IMG/VR virus record: IMGVR_UViG_3300033149_004564 | Coordinates: 2,382 to 66,381 of that record | Length of the DNA: 64,000 bases | Reading direction: 5' to 3' (one strand) | DNA from: a virus | Part shown: positions 36,468 to 45,962 of the stretch, piece by piece | Layout: every line of letters begins with the position of its first letter | Position numbering within the stretch: position 1 is the stretch's first letter | Position numbers and translations under genes: made by a program | The notes under the pieces: generated by a model | Databases searched by the model: none | Told to the model about the DNA's origin: nothing | Seen by the model: only the letters and a program-made list of their open reading frames with translations

Positions 36468-37983
36468 CTATCATCCCACCCTTTTTCTGCATCCATTTTA
36501 ATTTTCTACGTGCAATTTTTCTTTCGTCATAACCACCTTTAATCAACTCTTCATCTACTGTGTCAATAACTACAAGATCAATAAACGTGCAGGTTTCTTT
36601 CTGCCCACCTCTAAATATTCTACCCTCGCATTGCTCTCTTGGCTTCGCTCCTTTACCTGAATTAGAATAAAAAATCATTGTACTACAAACCCTTTGAAAA
36701 CCATCCATAGCTTCACCACCACTTTGTATATTCAATACCATAACCTTTATCTTTTTGTTTCTTAAAAATGAATCGACTTGTTGTCGTTTATCTTTTATTT
36801 CACCACGCAAGGATGCAAAAAGAATTTTCTTCTTTCTTAAAAATTGTTCAATCATTCTGCCTTCTTGAACAAAGTGATGAAATACCATCGCTTTGCCTTC
36901 TATCTCTTGTAAAACTTCATCAAATAATAAAAGCTTTGCAGTTGGAAATGTTGTCTTTACTTCACCAGCTTCAAGAAAGAAGCCGCTTACAATCTGTCTT
37001 AATTTATTAACCATACCAGCAGCATCAGCAATAGTTAATTCTTTACCACCAACTTTTGCAAAACCCTTTTTCAATAGTTTCTTGTAAATAGTGCTTTGCT
37101 TTGGTAATAAATTACTACCCCTTTCCTCTCTAATAATTTTTGGTAAATCAAAACATTCTGATTTATTAAACCGTAAAGTCACAGGAGAGACAAGTTTTAA
37201 TATTTTCTTTGCCTTTTCTTTATTTTTTATCTCCCAACCTTTCCAATAATTCTGTTTAAAATAATTTAATTTAAATCTCCAAAATGAATTACCAAGAGTC
37301 TTACCAAGATCAAGTACATAATACTCTGACCATAAACTAAGTTCACCAACAGGCATTGGACTACCCGTCATTAAAACAACTTTATCCATTTGCTTTGAGA
37401 TTCGATAAGCTATTTTTGTTTGTATTGCAGTTTCATTTTGTAGTTTGTGTGCTTCATCTGCAATAAAACCAGTAAACCCAATTTTTTGTATCTCTTCAAG
37501 CCAACAATCATCAATCATAAATTTATTAATACTAACATACTCAGAACCCTGTTTACGAACAAGGTTTCTTTTAGCACCAAACAAAAATTTTAATCCCTCA
37601 TAATTAATACAACAAACTAATTTTTTGTGTTTATCCAAAGCAGAACTTGTAAATAACTTTCTGCGTTCATTTGTAGTACCAATTAAATCAACGTAATTAT
37701 AATCTGTGTATTTTTTTACTTGTTTTTTCCAAGTCTCACTTACTATACAAGAATTAGGACAAATAACAAACACCCTTTTAATTCCCCAAATATTCATCAT
37801 ATATAATGAAGTAATTGTTTTACCAGTACCTATATCGTGCCAAAACATCACTCTATTTTTTTCAAGCCCAAAAGCAAATGTTACATATTGATGCCATCTT
37901 GGAGACAGTTTAAATTTATAATCACCAAATATTTCTTGTAGCTCAGGTAGCTCAAACTCTTTAAATGTTAATTTTCTATTCAC
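36457..37983 (-). CDS. SNF2-family helicase
   Basis: 'DIGTGKT', 'DEAH', 'MTGSP', 'QCEGRIFRGGQ'. Confidence 0.9.
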   Translation of the reverse strand: MNRKLTFKEFELPELQEIFGDYKFKLSPRWHQYVTFAFGLEKNRVMFWHDIGTGKTITSLYMMNIWGIKRVFVICPNSCIVSETWKKQVKKYTDYNYVDLIGTTNERRKLFTSSALDKHKKLVCCINYEGLKFLFGAKRNLVRKQGSEYVSINKFMIDDCWLEEIQKIGFTGFIADEAHKLQNETAIQTKIAYRISKQMDKVVLMTGSPMPVGELSLWSEYYVLDLGKTLGNSFWRFKLNYFKQNYWKGWEIKNKEKAKKILKLVSPVTLRFNKSECFDLPKIIREERGSNLLPKQSTIYKKLLKKGFAKVGGKELTIADAAGMVNKLRQIVSGFFLEAGEVKTTFPTAKLLLFDEVLQEIEGKAMVFHHFVQEGRMIEQFLRKKKILFASLRGEIKDKRQQVDSFLRNKKIKVMVLNIQSGGEAMDGFQRVCSTMIFYSNSGKGAKPREQCEGRIFRGGQKETCTFIDLVVIDTVDEELIKGGYDERKIARRKLKWMQKKGGMIDAT

Positions 37984-38036
37984 TCTTTATTTCCCTTTCG
38001 GATACCTCGCAGCTTTACTGCGGAGAGGAGAAAAAG

Positions 38037-38065
38037 TTGACAGCAAAGAGATAATGCGTTATTAT
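38037..38065 (+). promoter_or_regulatory. tnpB promoter
   Basis: TTGACA-N17-TATTAT, implying a start at ATG 38072. Confidence 0.65.
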
Positions 38066-39187
38066 ACATATATGAAACGAACCATTTCCATAAAGTTAGA
38101 GACTACACAAGAGCAATCTCAAGCTCTTTCTAACTTGCAAGCCGAATATAACCGGACATGTAATCTGATTGTCCCGTTTGTCTGTGAAACTCGCTGCTGG
38201 AACCGCGTGGCCCTGCATCACATTGTTTATTATAAAATCAGAGCACAATCGAAACTTGGTTCTCAAATGGTTTGCATTGCAATAAAGGCCGTTGCAGATG
38301 CTTATAAAACATTGAAACCCAAAAGAACAGAAGATGTTCCTCCCATTTCTTTTAAAACAACTTCCAGTGTTCATTTTGATGCCCGCACGTTTTCCATTCA
38401 AGATGAAGCTCTTTCCCTTTATACGTTGTCCAGTCGCATTCGTGTTAAAATGATACTCGGAGATTTTCAGAGAAAATATTTTGATAATGGAACAGTAAAA
38501 GAAGCTGATCTTGTTTGTAAGCACAAAATTTGGTATTTTAATCTCGTTCTGGATTTGCCTGATACTCCTCTTAAAACCGGAAATGGCAGTGCTGTCGGAG
38601 TTGATCTTGGAGAGAACAACTTGGCCGCCATATCCACCGGAAAGCTTTTTGGTGGTGGTCAACTTCGACACGAACGTGATAAGCATCTTGCCCTTCGCCG
38701 CAGGCTTCAACGCAACGGCTCTCAAAGCGCAAAACAACTGCTTTGCAAAGTCTCTGGTCGAGAAGCCCGCCATGTTTCCCATGTTAACCACGAAGTAAGT
38801 AAAGCCATTATCACAGAAACTCTGCAATCGGGAAGCAACACGATTATACTGGAGAACCTGACCAATATCCGCAAACGCATTAAAGGAAGTAAAAGGATTC
38901 GTTCCCGCCTGCATCGCTGGGCATGGGCAGAACTTCAACGCTTTATTGAGTATAAAGCACAAGCTGCTGGTATTTGTGTTGAATATGTTAATCCTGCATA
39001 TACCAGTCAGACTTGTAGCATTTGTGGTTCTCTCGGTTCTCGTGTTAAACATCATTTTTCCTGCTCCTGTGGAAGCCTCGCGCACAGCGACTTGAACGCC
39101 AGTCGAAATATTGCGAAGCTTGCATCATTCTTTAATGGTGCAACGGGCGCTGTGGGCCGTCCGAATGTGGCAACCGTTTCTGGTTGA
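38054..39187 (+). CDS. tnpB: RNA-guided endonuclease TnpB
   Basis: RuvC 'GVDLG', 'ILENL', 'SDLNASRNI'; Zn finger CSIC...CSC. Confidence 0.95.
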   Translation: MRYYTYMKRTISIKLETTQEQSQALSNLQAEYNRTCNLIVPFVCETRCWNRVALHHIVYYKIRAQSKLGSQMVCIAIKAVADAYKTLKPKRTEDVPPISFKTTSSVHFDARTFSIQDEALSLYTLSSRIRVKMILGDFQRKYFDNGTVKEADLVCKHKIWYFNLVLDLPDTPLKTGNGSAVGVDLGENNLAAISTGKLFGGGQLRHERDKHLALRRRLQRNGSQSAKQLLCKVSGREARHVSHVNHEVSKAIITETLQSGSNTIILENLTNIRKRIKGSKRIRSRLHRWAWAELQRFIEYKAQAAGICVEYVNPAYTSQTCSICGSLGSRVKHHFSCSCGSLAHSDLNASRNIAKLASFFNGATGAVGRPNVATVSG

Positions 39188-39220
39188 CCATAATGCCTCG
39201 CCGCAGAACGGCGGGGTAGT

Positions 39221-40627
39221 TTACCCATAATCCTCATCATCTCCATCAATATCAAAAAGTTCCCCAGACGCTGAATATGGTATTGAATATTTTCTAAATT
39301 GTCCTGTTGCAAAATTAGTTCCTACTATACACTTTGCCCCAACAATTGCACTGTTTCTTGCTTTAATTATTTGAATACAAAGTTGATCATGTTCAAACAT
39401 TTCATCAGTCTGTGAAAGAGTAATAATTGAATCTGCGTGTCCGGCTTTTTGTTTATTTATAGATAAATGCCTTAAACCTATTCTACAAGTTTTAGATGCG
39501 ATCTCATCATTTATTTGGCTTGGAATAATTATAGCAACACCACGCTCATCTGCAATTCGTTTATGCCGCTTATAATTCTCATTTACCATTTCATAATCAC
39601 CACCATCTGCCATTATATCAGGATAATCATTCAAAATTAAATCAGGCATAAAATTATCAAAACTTTCAAGCTGATCAAGCAGGTTTCTAATATCTATCAT
39701 CGTAGCAGAACTCATTGGAAACTTTTTTATTCTTAATTTACCTGGCATTTTAGCTGTCATTTTTCGTATTCTTTGTACTACTTTATAATTTGTAATTGCA
39801 GGACGCTTTATATTTTTTTTATATAATTTTCCTTCTCGTTTATTATAATACCAAACTAAAATCTCTTTCTCTTTCTTTTGTGTAAGCGCACCAAAACTTT
39901 GATCATATCTAATTTTTAATTCTGTCTCACTCATTTCATGGCTAATATGCAATACATTTAAACCTCGCTTCATTGCTTGTTTTGCAAGATGTATTAACCA
40001 CCAACTTTTACCAATACCATAATACCCTGCTATTGTCAACAATCTCCCACGATAAATACCACCAGTAATTTTATCTAACTGCGGAATACCAAACGGCATA
40101 AGCCAATCAACGTCAGTCTGTTCAAGTCTCGTTTCTAAGTCTTGTTGATCATGATAGTATTGCCCTTTATTTACAGTCTCTATTCCTGATTTCAATGCTG
40201 TGTAAAGTGTTTCCTTTGCTTCAGCTAATTTCCCATCTTCAAGTAATTCAGCAGACAATAATGTACCAATTTCAAGCTCTTTTGTAACAATAAATTCATT
40301 TAATCTTGTTTTGATGTAAGATGCTGTAGGTGGATGTAAATTTTGTAGTTTTTTTGCGTACTCAATAAAAATCTTTTTCTCTGTATTCTGCATTCGTTTC
40401 TGACTATCAAAAAATCTTTTCAACTCATCTGAAAAATGATTCTTTGGTGACTCATTATGAAAATCAAAAAAATTAATACAAAGTTTAAATAAACTCCTTG
40501 AATACTTTGAAGTAAAATATTCTTCTTTAATAATTGCTCTTATCACTTTTACAAAACTTGTATCTGTAATCATTAATTGAATAATACTATCTTGAAAATT
40601 CTGAGATAATATATCTCTGTCGTTCAT
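39221..40627 (-). CDS. dnaB: replicative DnaB-like helicase
   Basis: 'GYYGIGKS', 'HISHEMS', 'NDYPDIM', 'PSQ', 'KARN'. Confidence 0.9.
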   Translation of the reverse strand: MNDRDILSQNFQDSIIQLMITDTSFVKVIRAIIKEEYFTSKYSRSLFKLCINFFDFHNESPKNHFSDELKRFFDSQKRMQNTEKKIFIEYAKKLQNLHPPTASYIKTRLNEFIVTKELEIGTLLSAELLEDGKLAEAKETLYTALKSGIETVNKGQYYHDQQDLETRLEQTDVDWLMPFGIPQLDKITGGIYRGRLLTIAGYYGIGKSWWLIHLAKQAMKRGLNVLHISHEMSETELKIRYDQSFGALTQKKEKEILVWYYNKREGKLYKKNIKRPAITNYKVVQRIRKMTAKMPGKLRIKKFPMSSATMIDIRNLLDQLESFDNFMPDLILNDYPDIMADGGDYEMVNENYKRHKRIADERGVAIIIPSQINDEIASKTCRIGLRHLSINKQKAGHADSIITLSQTDEMFEHDQLCIQIIKARNSAIVGAKCIVGTNFATGQFRKYSIPYSASGELFDIDGDDEDYG

Positions 40628-40646
40628 ATTTATATATCTCCAGCAC

Positions 40647-41477
40647 TTAAGATAATTTTTTAAGGTACTGCGGAATTATAATAGTCCATGTATTTCGTGA
40701 ACAAAGCTGTTTTGGTTGAATAACAGTAAACTGCTCATGCAAAGCAGTAAACACTAAATCAGCAGCGGCTTTAATATTATTATTTTTCTTCATTCTCTTT
40801 TTTAGAATTTTTCTAAACTTAATAAAATATGTATGCTCTTTACTATTTGTTTCATATGTATATGTATTTTTACCCAAAAACTTTACTGCATACAAATCTG
40901 CCAGCATTTGTGTTACTCTTGGATCATCATCATCTATTATAATGACTGGCCTCTCCCACCAAGCTGAACCACCAGTTTTATGAAGTGCTAACAATTTTGT
41001 TAAAAACCCAACAACATTTTTAAATCCATGGTTTGTTGTGTCCCAAATGTGCTCCCCTTTTTCACAGGCAATAAAATAATTATTCATTTCTTCTTTTATT
41101 TTATCCGCCCCAATAGAAATGATTGCTCTTTTTATAATCTTGGCAAAATCAATTCCAATCTTATCACAAGAAATTGAAAAATTGCGTCTTTCAAGTTCCC
41201 GATGTTTTTTAGCGTATGTAATAAACTTTGAGTTGTTCCAATATTCAATTATATCAAAAACTTCTGGTGGTAAATTTCTTTTATGCTGCAAGTACCTTCT
41301 TGTGTTCCCTTGCTTCATAACTTCTTTTTTCTTCTTTTTTAATACCTCATGTTTTATTGCTGCAATATCCTGTAGTCTAAATTTTAAATCAATTGTACTT
41401 TCTTCACTCTGTAATTTCAATAGTAAATCCTGAACAATGTTTTCTGGCACCGAAACAATCAAACGTATATTTTTCAT
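40647..41477 (-). CDS. putative replication initiator or helicase loader
   Basis: first gene of the replication operon, upstream of dnaB; 'DIIEYWN' motif. Confidence 0.4.
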   Translation of the reverse strand: MKNIRLIVSVPENIVQDLLLKLQSEESTIDLKFRLQDIAAIKHEVLKKKKKEVMKQGNTRRYLQHKRNLPPEVFDIIEYWNNSKFITYAKKHRELERRNFSISCDKIGIDFAKIIKRAIISIGADKIKEEMNNYFIACEKGEHIWDTTNHGFKNVVGFLTKLLALHKTGGSAWWERPVIIIDDDDPRVTQMLADLYAVKFLGKNTYTYETNSKEHTYFIKFRKILKKRMKKNNNIKAAADLVFTALHEQFTVIQPKQLCSRNTWTIIIPQYLKKLS

Positions 41478-41479
41478 TT

Positions 41480-42360
41480 TTCCTCACAAAATTGCAAATA
41501 AGTGTGCAGACTAACTTCAAATTATAACAAATAACGAGCATAGAGTGTGTGCCATTTAATTTTAACAAGTCAACTCATATCTCTTTATGTCTGAACAATA
41601 AAAGTTGTTTAGAACGGCTTATCTGCGTTCCCAATAAATTTTTTGATTTAATAACCTTTTCAATAATTAGTAGGATAAAAATAAAGTATTTTTTATCAAG
41701 AAAAATTTTCAGTCTTTTCAAAAAATTTTTCTATGTTTTTCGGTTTTTTGAAAAACATTTTTCTTTTGTTTATTTTCTTTTATTTATTTTCTTTCTTTAT
41801 GTTACTTTCTTTCTTTTCTTTTAATTTTTGCACTTTTTATCAAGAAAAACCGCGTAAGTGTTTACTTGACAGAGCTTTAGCAAATGCTGCGCAAATGCTG
41901 CAATAATATTATGTCAAATGTTGCATAAATGCTGCAATAGTATTTACGTTTTTCTACTCTATAAAATATGCTATAATTTGTGTGTTTGCAATAGCTTACT
42001 TAAATATTTGAAAATTATCTACACACTGAAAAAATATTATTGCAGCATTTACAAGACATTTAGAAACAGAAAAAAATTAAGCACACTTTTGGTAAGGCTG
42101 CTTAAATTAAACGTTCATTATTCAAAAAAACCCGCAAACTACTCTTTTATTTTTAACAAACAACTTAAACTTTTCAAATAAAAATGTTGTAAATTTTAGG
42201 TCGCTTTTGACAATTTATAGCTAAGTTGTTATTTGATATTGTTTTCCTTTCTACTATATAATACAAAATTTATTAAGAAAAGGCTTGACTAATCTTTAAT
42301 CACATGTTAGATTGTGTGCAGAATAAAAAAACAAACATTAATTTATTTTGAAACCGGGGA
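41480..42360. other. divergent AT-rich intergenic region with iteron-like repeats (origin candidate)
   Basis: AAATG(C/T)TGC at 41882, 41893, 41916, 41927 and inverted at 42042; T-rich tract 41690-41840; strand switch. Confidence 0.55.
42285..42313 (+). promoter_or_regulatory. sigma70-type promoter for the plus-strand block
   Basis: TTGACT-N17-TAGATT with TG extension. Confidence 0.6.
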
Positions 42361-42368
42361 TTTAGGAG

Positions 42369-42533
42369 ATGAAGAAACTAAGATTTTTATTGTGGGAAGA
42401 TTGTAATAAGCAGTGTTCTGGTTGTTGTAACAAGCAGTTTGATTTGGATAATTTATTAAAAGTGTCAAGCACAGAGTTTCAATCCTATGATGAGATTGAA
42501 TTGACTGGCGGTGGGTTTTTTAAGAGATTGTAA
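42369..42533 (+). pseudogene. truncated radical-SAM protein (54 aa, not in the ORF track)
   Basis: SD AGGAG; MKKLRFLLWEDCNKQCSGCCN (CxxxCxxC) ...YDEIELTGG, then stop. Confidence 0.65.
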
Positions 42534-42568
42534 TATAAGGGGTTTAACTTACATTACAAGGATGAAAA

Positions 42569-42790
42569 ATGAAACAGTGTCCGGAATGTGGTGGCACAGA
42601 GTTCATTAGCCGCTACGAAAAACGAGAGACGGTTCGTGTTAAAACAGGTGCCGATGGAAGCCCTGAAATCATCATAGGTTCTGGCATTGATCTTACATAT
42701 GGTTGGCGTTCTCTTTTCTATTGTGCTAATTTAGACTGCAATGAGAATTTCTTATTCTGGGACAGTATTCCTGAAAAAGAAAAGAAATAA
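42569..42790 (+). CDS. Zn-ribbon protein
   Basis: CPECG...CANLDC. Confidence 0.6.
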   Translation: MKQCPECGGTEFISRYEKRETVRVKTGADGSPEIIIGSGIDLTYGWRSLFYCANLDCNENFLFWDSIPEKEKK

Positions 42791-42826
42791 TACTTTTTCT
42801 CAGTATGATTAAACGGTGGAGGAAAA

Positions 42827-43189
42827 ATGACAAAGCATGAAGTCAAAGCCGCCCCGATAGGGATGCGGGTTGTAGTTGCCGACTGGTTGGTGCGTTACAG
42901 AGGCAACGATATTACCGGCGATAGCCGACATGTCTGGATGACAATATTTGAACGGCACTCTGGGGCCAAATGGGCCAAGGGAACACCACGCAACGGCTAT
43001 CTTACTGGGTACGCTACCCTGCAAAACGGTACGCCTGAGTATGAGGACTTCGATCACGGCTGGCAATGCATGGGCCTGAGTAACATCGAGTACGTTTTCG
43101 CGGCCCGTATTAAGTTCTCAGCCCGTGGCCGCGAGCATTACGCCCGGCCAGAGGATATCAAGCCAATCAAAAGGGGTAGCCGTCCTTGA
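42827..43189 (+). CDS. hypothetical protein (GC-richer)
   Basis: SD GGAGG; 120 aa. Confidence 0.6.
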   Translation: MTKHEVKAAPIGMRVVVADWLVRYRGNDITGDSRHVWMTIFERHSGAKWAKGTPRNGYLTGYATLQNGTPEYEDFDHGWQCMGLSNIEYVFAARIKFSARGREHYARPEDIKPIKRGSRP

Positions 43190-43869
43190 TAGGGGCGCTG
43201 TTGTGTGTTATTATAATAAAGAAAGGAGGATGATTATCGATATGACCGGACAACAAATTAGTCGCTTGGCGGTGTGAAAAATCTTTGTTAACTCTACCAG
43301 TTGAATGAGAAAACCAAAATGATACTTACAAAGGAATTTGCAGAACAACTTAAAAACAAAACAAAAATAAAATATAACTACGTAACCGATACAGAATTAA
43401 AATATAAAGAACCGGAAATAAAACGCATTTATGAAAATGGTAAAGTTAAAAAAATTACTCTTTATCATTGTGAAAAACGAGCAGTCTTTCTTTCAAGAAT
43501 TGGGGATGTTTTATCTTTTCAGTGTGTAGTTTGTTACAAACAATTTAACATAATTTTCAAACCGGAAGGTTAATAGGGAGGAGCATACAATGACTTACGA
43601 CCCAAAAGAAAAAATTCTAAATTGTGATGGTGATCAAGCTTTAAAACACTGTCATCAAGAGTTTACTCTAAATTTACCAAAGTATCATTTAAACCTCAAG
43701 TTTTTATGTAGTCGAGCATATGATTGGACACACTTTAAAATAGGAAGAAAAACTTATAGCCTTTGTCCAAGATGTACGATTGATTGCAAATCTCTTGCAC
43801 TAACACCAACTCAGTATATAGAACATTTGAGTAGGCAAATAAATAACAATAACTTGGAGGGTTAGTACG

Positions 43870-44268
43870 ATGGTACAAAACAATGATAAGAAGCTTCCGA
43901 AAATTGGACAGAGGATTATTAGAATTCTCACTCTTAAACAAGATAGAAAAATAGCCGTTGTTACAAATGTTAATTATCAAAAAACACAGAGAAATAATTT
44001 TACCTTTCGAGCAGTAAATTCAAAAGCACTTCCTTTCCTACGAGTAAAAGACAGCGAACTTTGGTTCTCTATGCCAAATGATAATGCTGGTATCGTTTGT
44101 TTTTGTCGAGAGGAGCCACAAAAAAACACAATTGCTTTTGAAATTCTTGGTTATACAAAACAGAATAATGCCGTGTTTGTAAAACCAATTACTGGGAAAT
44201 TTTCTGACCTATTGCAGCACTACAATTTTAACATTGATAACTCAGAAATTGCCATTATAGAAGAATAA
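43870..44268 (+). CDS. hypothetical protein
   Basis: SD GGAGG; 132 aa. Confidence 0.55.
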   Translation: MVQNNDKKLPKIGQRIIRILTLKQDRKIAVVTNVNYQKTQRNNFTFRAVNSKALPFLRVKDSELWFSMPNDNAGIVCFCREEPQKNTIAFEILGYTKQNNAVFVKPITGKFSDLLQHYNFNIDNSEIAIIEE

Positions 44269-44283
44269 TTCAGGGGCGTATCT

Positions 44284-44610
44284 ATGAAGAAAAAAGCAAA
44301 ACCGTGGCTTGGAAAAACTCTTCCAGAGGAAATGAAAGGAAAGATTGCTGCTGGTAGAACCAGATTTGCTGCTGGAAACGAACCAAAAGCTCTCAGAGCA
44401 GAGATAAACTCACTTGTCATTAAGAAAGACCTATACAAGTGTAGACGTTGTGGTCAATCTGGATTACTTGGACAGTCACTATCTGTTGAAGTACTTGATA
44501 AGAACAAATCAGTTTTAGATTTGAATAATCTTGCCACAGTCTGCAAAAACTGTTTAAGTGACTGTTCCCTTACTACTTACTGTGATATTTCCGGGAAGAT
44601 GGAAAAATGA
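44284..44610 (+). CDS. HNH-like protein lacking catalytic His
   Basis: 'KDLYKCRRCG...LSVEVLD...NNLATVCKNC'. Confidence 0.55.
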   Translation: MKKKAKPWLGKTLPEEMKGKIAAGRTRFAAGNEPKALRAEINSLVIKKDLYKCRRCGQSGLLGQSLSVEVLDKNKSVLDLNNLATVCKNCLSDCSLTTYCDISGKMEK

Positions 44611-45215
44611 GACAGTTAGTTGATATGGCGGGAAAGAAGATAGGCAAGTGGACAGTACTTGAAGAGGCTGGATACAATAAGTATGGAAACATCACTTGGC
44701 TCTGTCAGTGTGAATGTGGTAGGGAAGTGGTTGTTGTGGGCAACAGCCTTCGTAGGGACAAGAGTAAGAAATGTAGAAGTTGTGTAAGGCTAACCCACGG
44801 AGAGTCCAGAACAAGACTTCACTGTGTCTGGCAGGATATGCGCTATCGTTGTAACAACAAAAACCACCACGACTTTAAATACTATGGTGGTCGTGGAATT
44901 AAAGTCTGTAAGGAGTGGAACGGGAGCTTTGAAACCTTCCGCGATTGGGCACTGGCGAATGGATATCGGCAAGGGCTTTCCATTGATCGGATCAACAATT
45001 ATGGGAATTATGCTCCTAAGAACTGTTGGTGGGCCACTATGAAACAGCAGAATCGGAATCGTAGAAATACTATTCATATTATGATTAATGGAGTAGAACG
45101 AACAATTGCAGAATGGGCTAAGGTTGCAGGAATTAGGTATATAACATTATATGCCAGATACCACAAAGGACAGCACGGAGAAGCTTTATTAGCTCCACCC
45201 AGAAAACATGGATGA
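44607..45215 (+). CDS. HNH homing endonuclease
   Basis: 'WLCQCECG', 'YYGGRGIKVCKEW', 'LSIDRINNYGNYAPKNCWWAT..QQNRN'. Confidence 0.88.
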   Translation: MRQLVDMAGKKIGKWTVLEEAGYNKYGNITWLCQCECGREVVVVGNSLRRDKSKKCRSCVRLTHGESRTRLHCVWQDMRYRCNNKNHHDFKYYGGRGIKVCKEWNGSFETFRDWALANGYRQGLSIDRINNYGNYAPKNCWWATMKQQNRNRRNTIHIMINGVERTIAEWAKVAGIRYITLYARYHKGQHGEALLAPPRKHG

Positions 45216-45308
45216 AAAAATAATTCTTATTGAAATAACTTCTATCAGTAGCTTGCAAAATGTTAACTTTCTATTGTCTCTTAATCTTATCTCAGGGAGA
45301 TTAATGCA

Positions 45309-45962
45309 ATGGCACAGAAACAAAATAATTTAACCAGAGTAGTTGATAAACTTTTTAAAGATTCAGAAGGCATTATTTGGAAACTTGCAAAACAATATAT
45401 AAAATATTTACCGGCGGAATCTGTAATGTGTGATGAAGATTTATTTATGGAGGGTATGGCAATCTATTGCTCATTACTTAATACATTTGATAAATCAAAG
45501 AAAGTAAAATTTACAACCTATTTATATTCTTGTGTTGCAAATAGATTTAAAACGATTATTGCACGAGAGACAACAAAATATAGTTTTTCATATAATGCGG
45601 TTCCAATCTCTGTGTTTGATAAACCAACTAATAACAAATTTCTATATAATGCACCAGAAGAGTCGGTACAAATTACACTTTGCCATATCATAAGTGACGA
45701 ACTTAGCTTTGAATCAAAAATGTTGTTAGCTAAAATATTGGAATTGAAAATCCCAGAAAGATTAGATAAATGCTGGGATGGTATTGAAACTATAGTTGAT
45801 GCACAGACAAAGAGAGTTCCTATTGCAGAGTGGATAAAAATTCTTTCCGTTTTAACTAATTCAAAAAATTCACAGATTTTAAAACTGAGACAAGAATTAA
45901 TTGCTATCACGAAAGGAAAGCCCATAAATAAAATACAAGTGAATGCTCCCTTGTTGCATTAG
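45309..45962 (+). CDS. sigma-factor-like protein (region 2)
   Basis: 'IWKLAKQY...EDLFMEG...FDKSKKVKFTTYLY..VANR'. Confidence 0.7.
   Translation: MAQKQNNLTRVVDKLFKDSEGIIWKLAKQYIKYLPAESVMCDEDLFMEGMAIYCSLLNTFDKSKKVKFTTYLYSCVANRFKTIIARETTKYSFSYNAVPISVFDKPTNNKFLYNAPEESVQITLCHIISDELSFESKMLLAKILELKIPERLDKCWDGIETIVDAQTKRVPIAEWIKILSVLTNSKNSQILKLRQELIAITKGKPINKIQVNAPLLH

Larger units (their letters stand above)
37991..39224 (+). mobile_element. IS200/IS605-family element with TnpB only (IS1341-type)
   Basis: TTTAT immediately 5' (37986-37990); left hairpin CCTCGCAG..CTGCGGAGAGG; right hairpin CCTCGCCG..CGGCGGGG then TAGTTTAC; no tnpA. Confidence 0.85.

Noticed and set aside
38096-39085. 329-aa antisense ORF inside tnpB
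   Set aside because: Shadow of tnpB with no recognisable motifs
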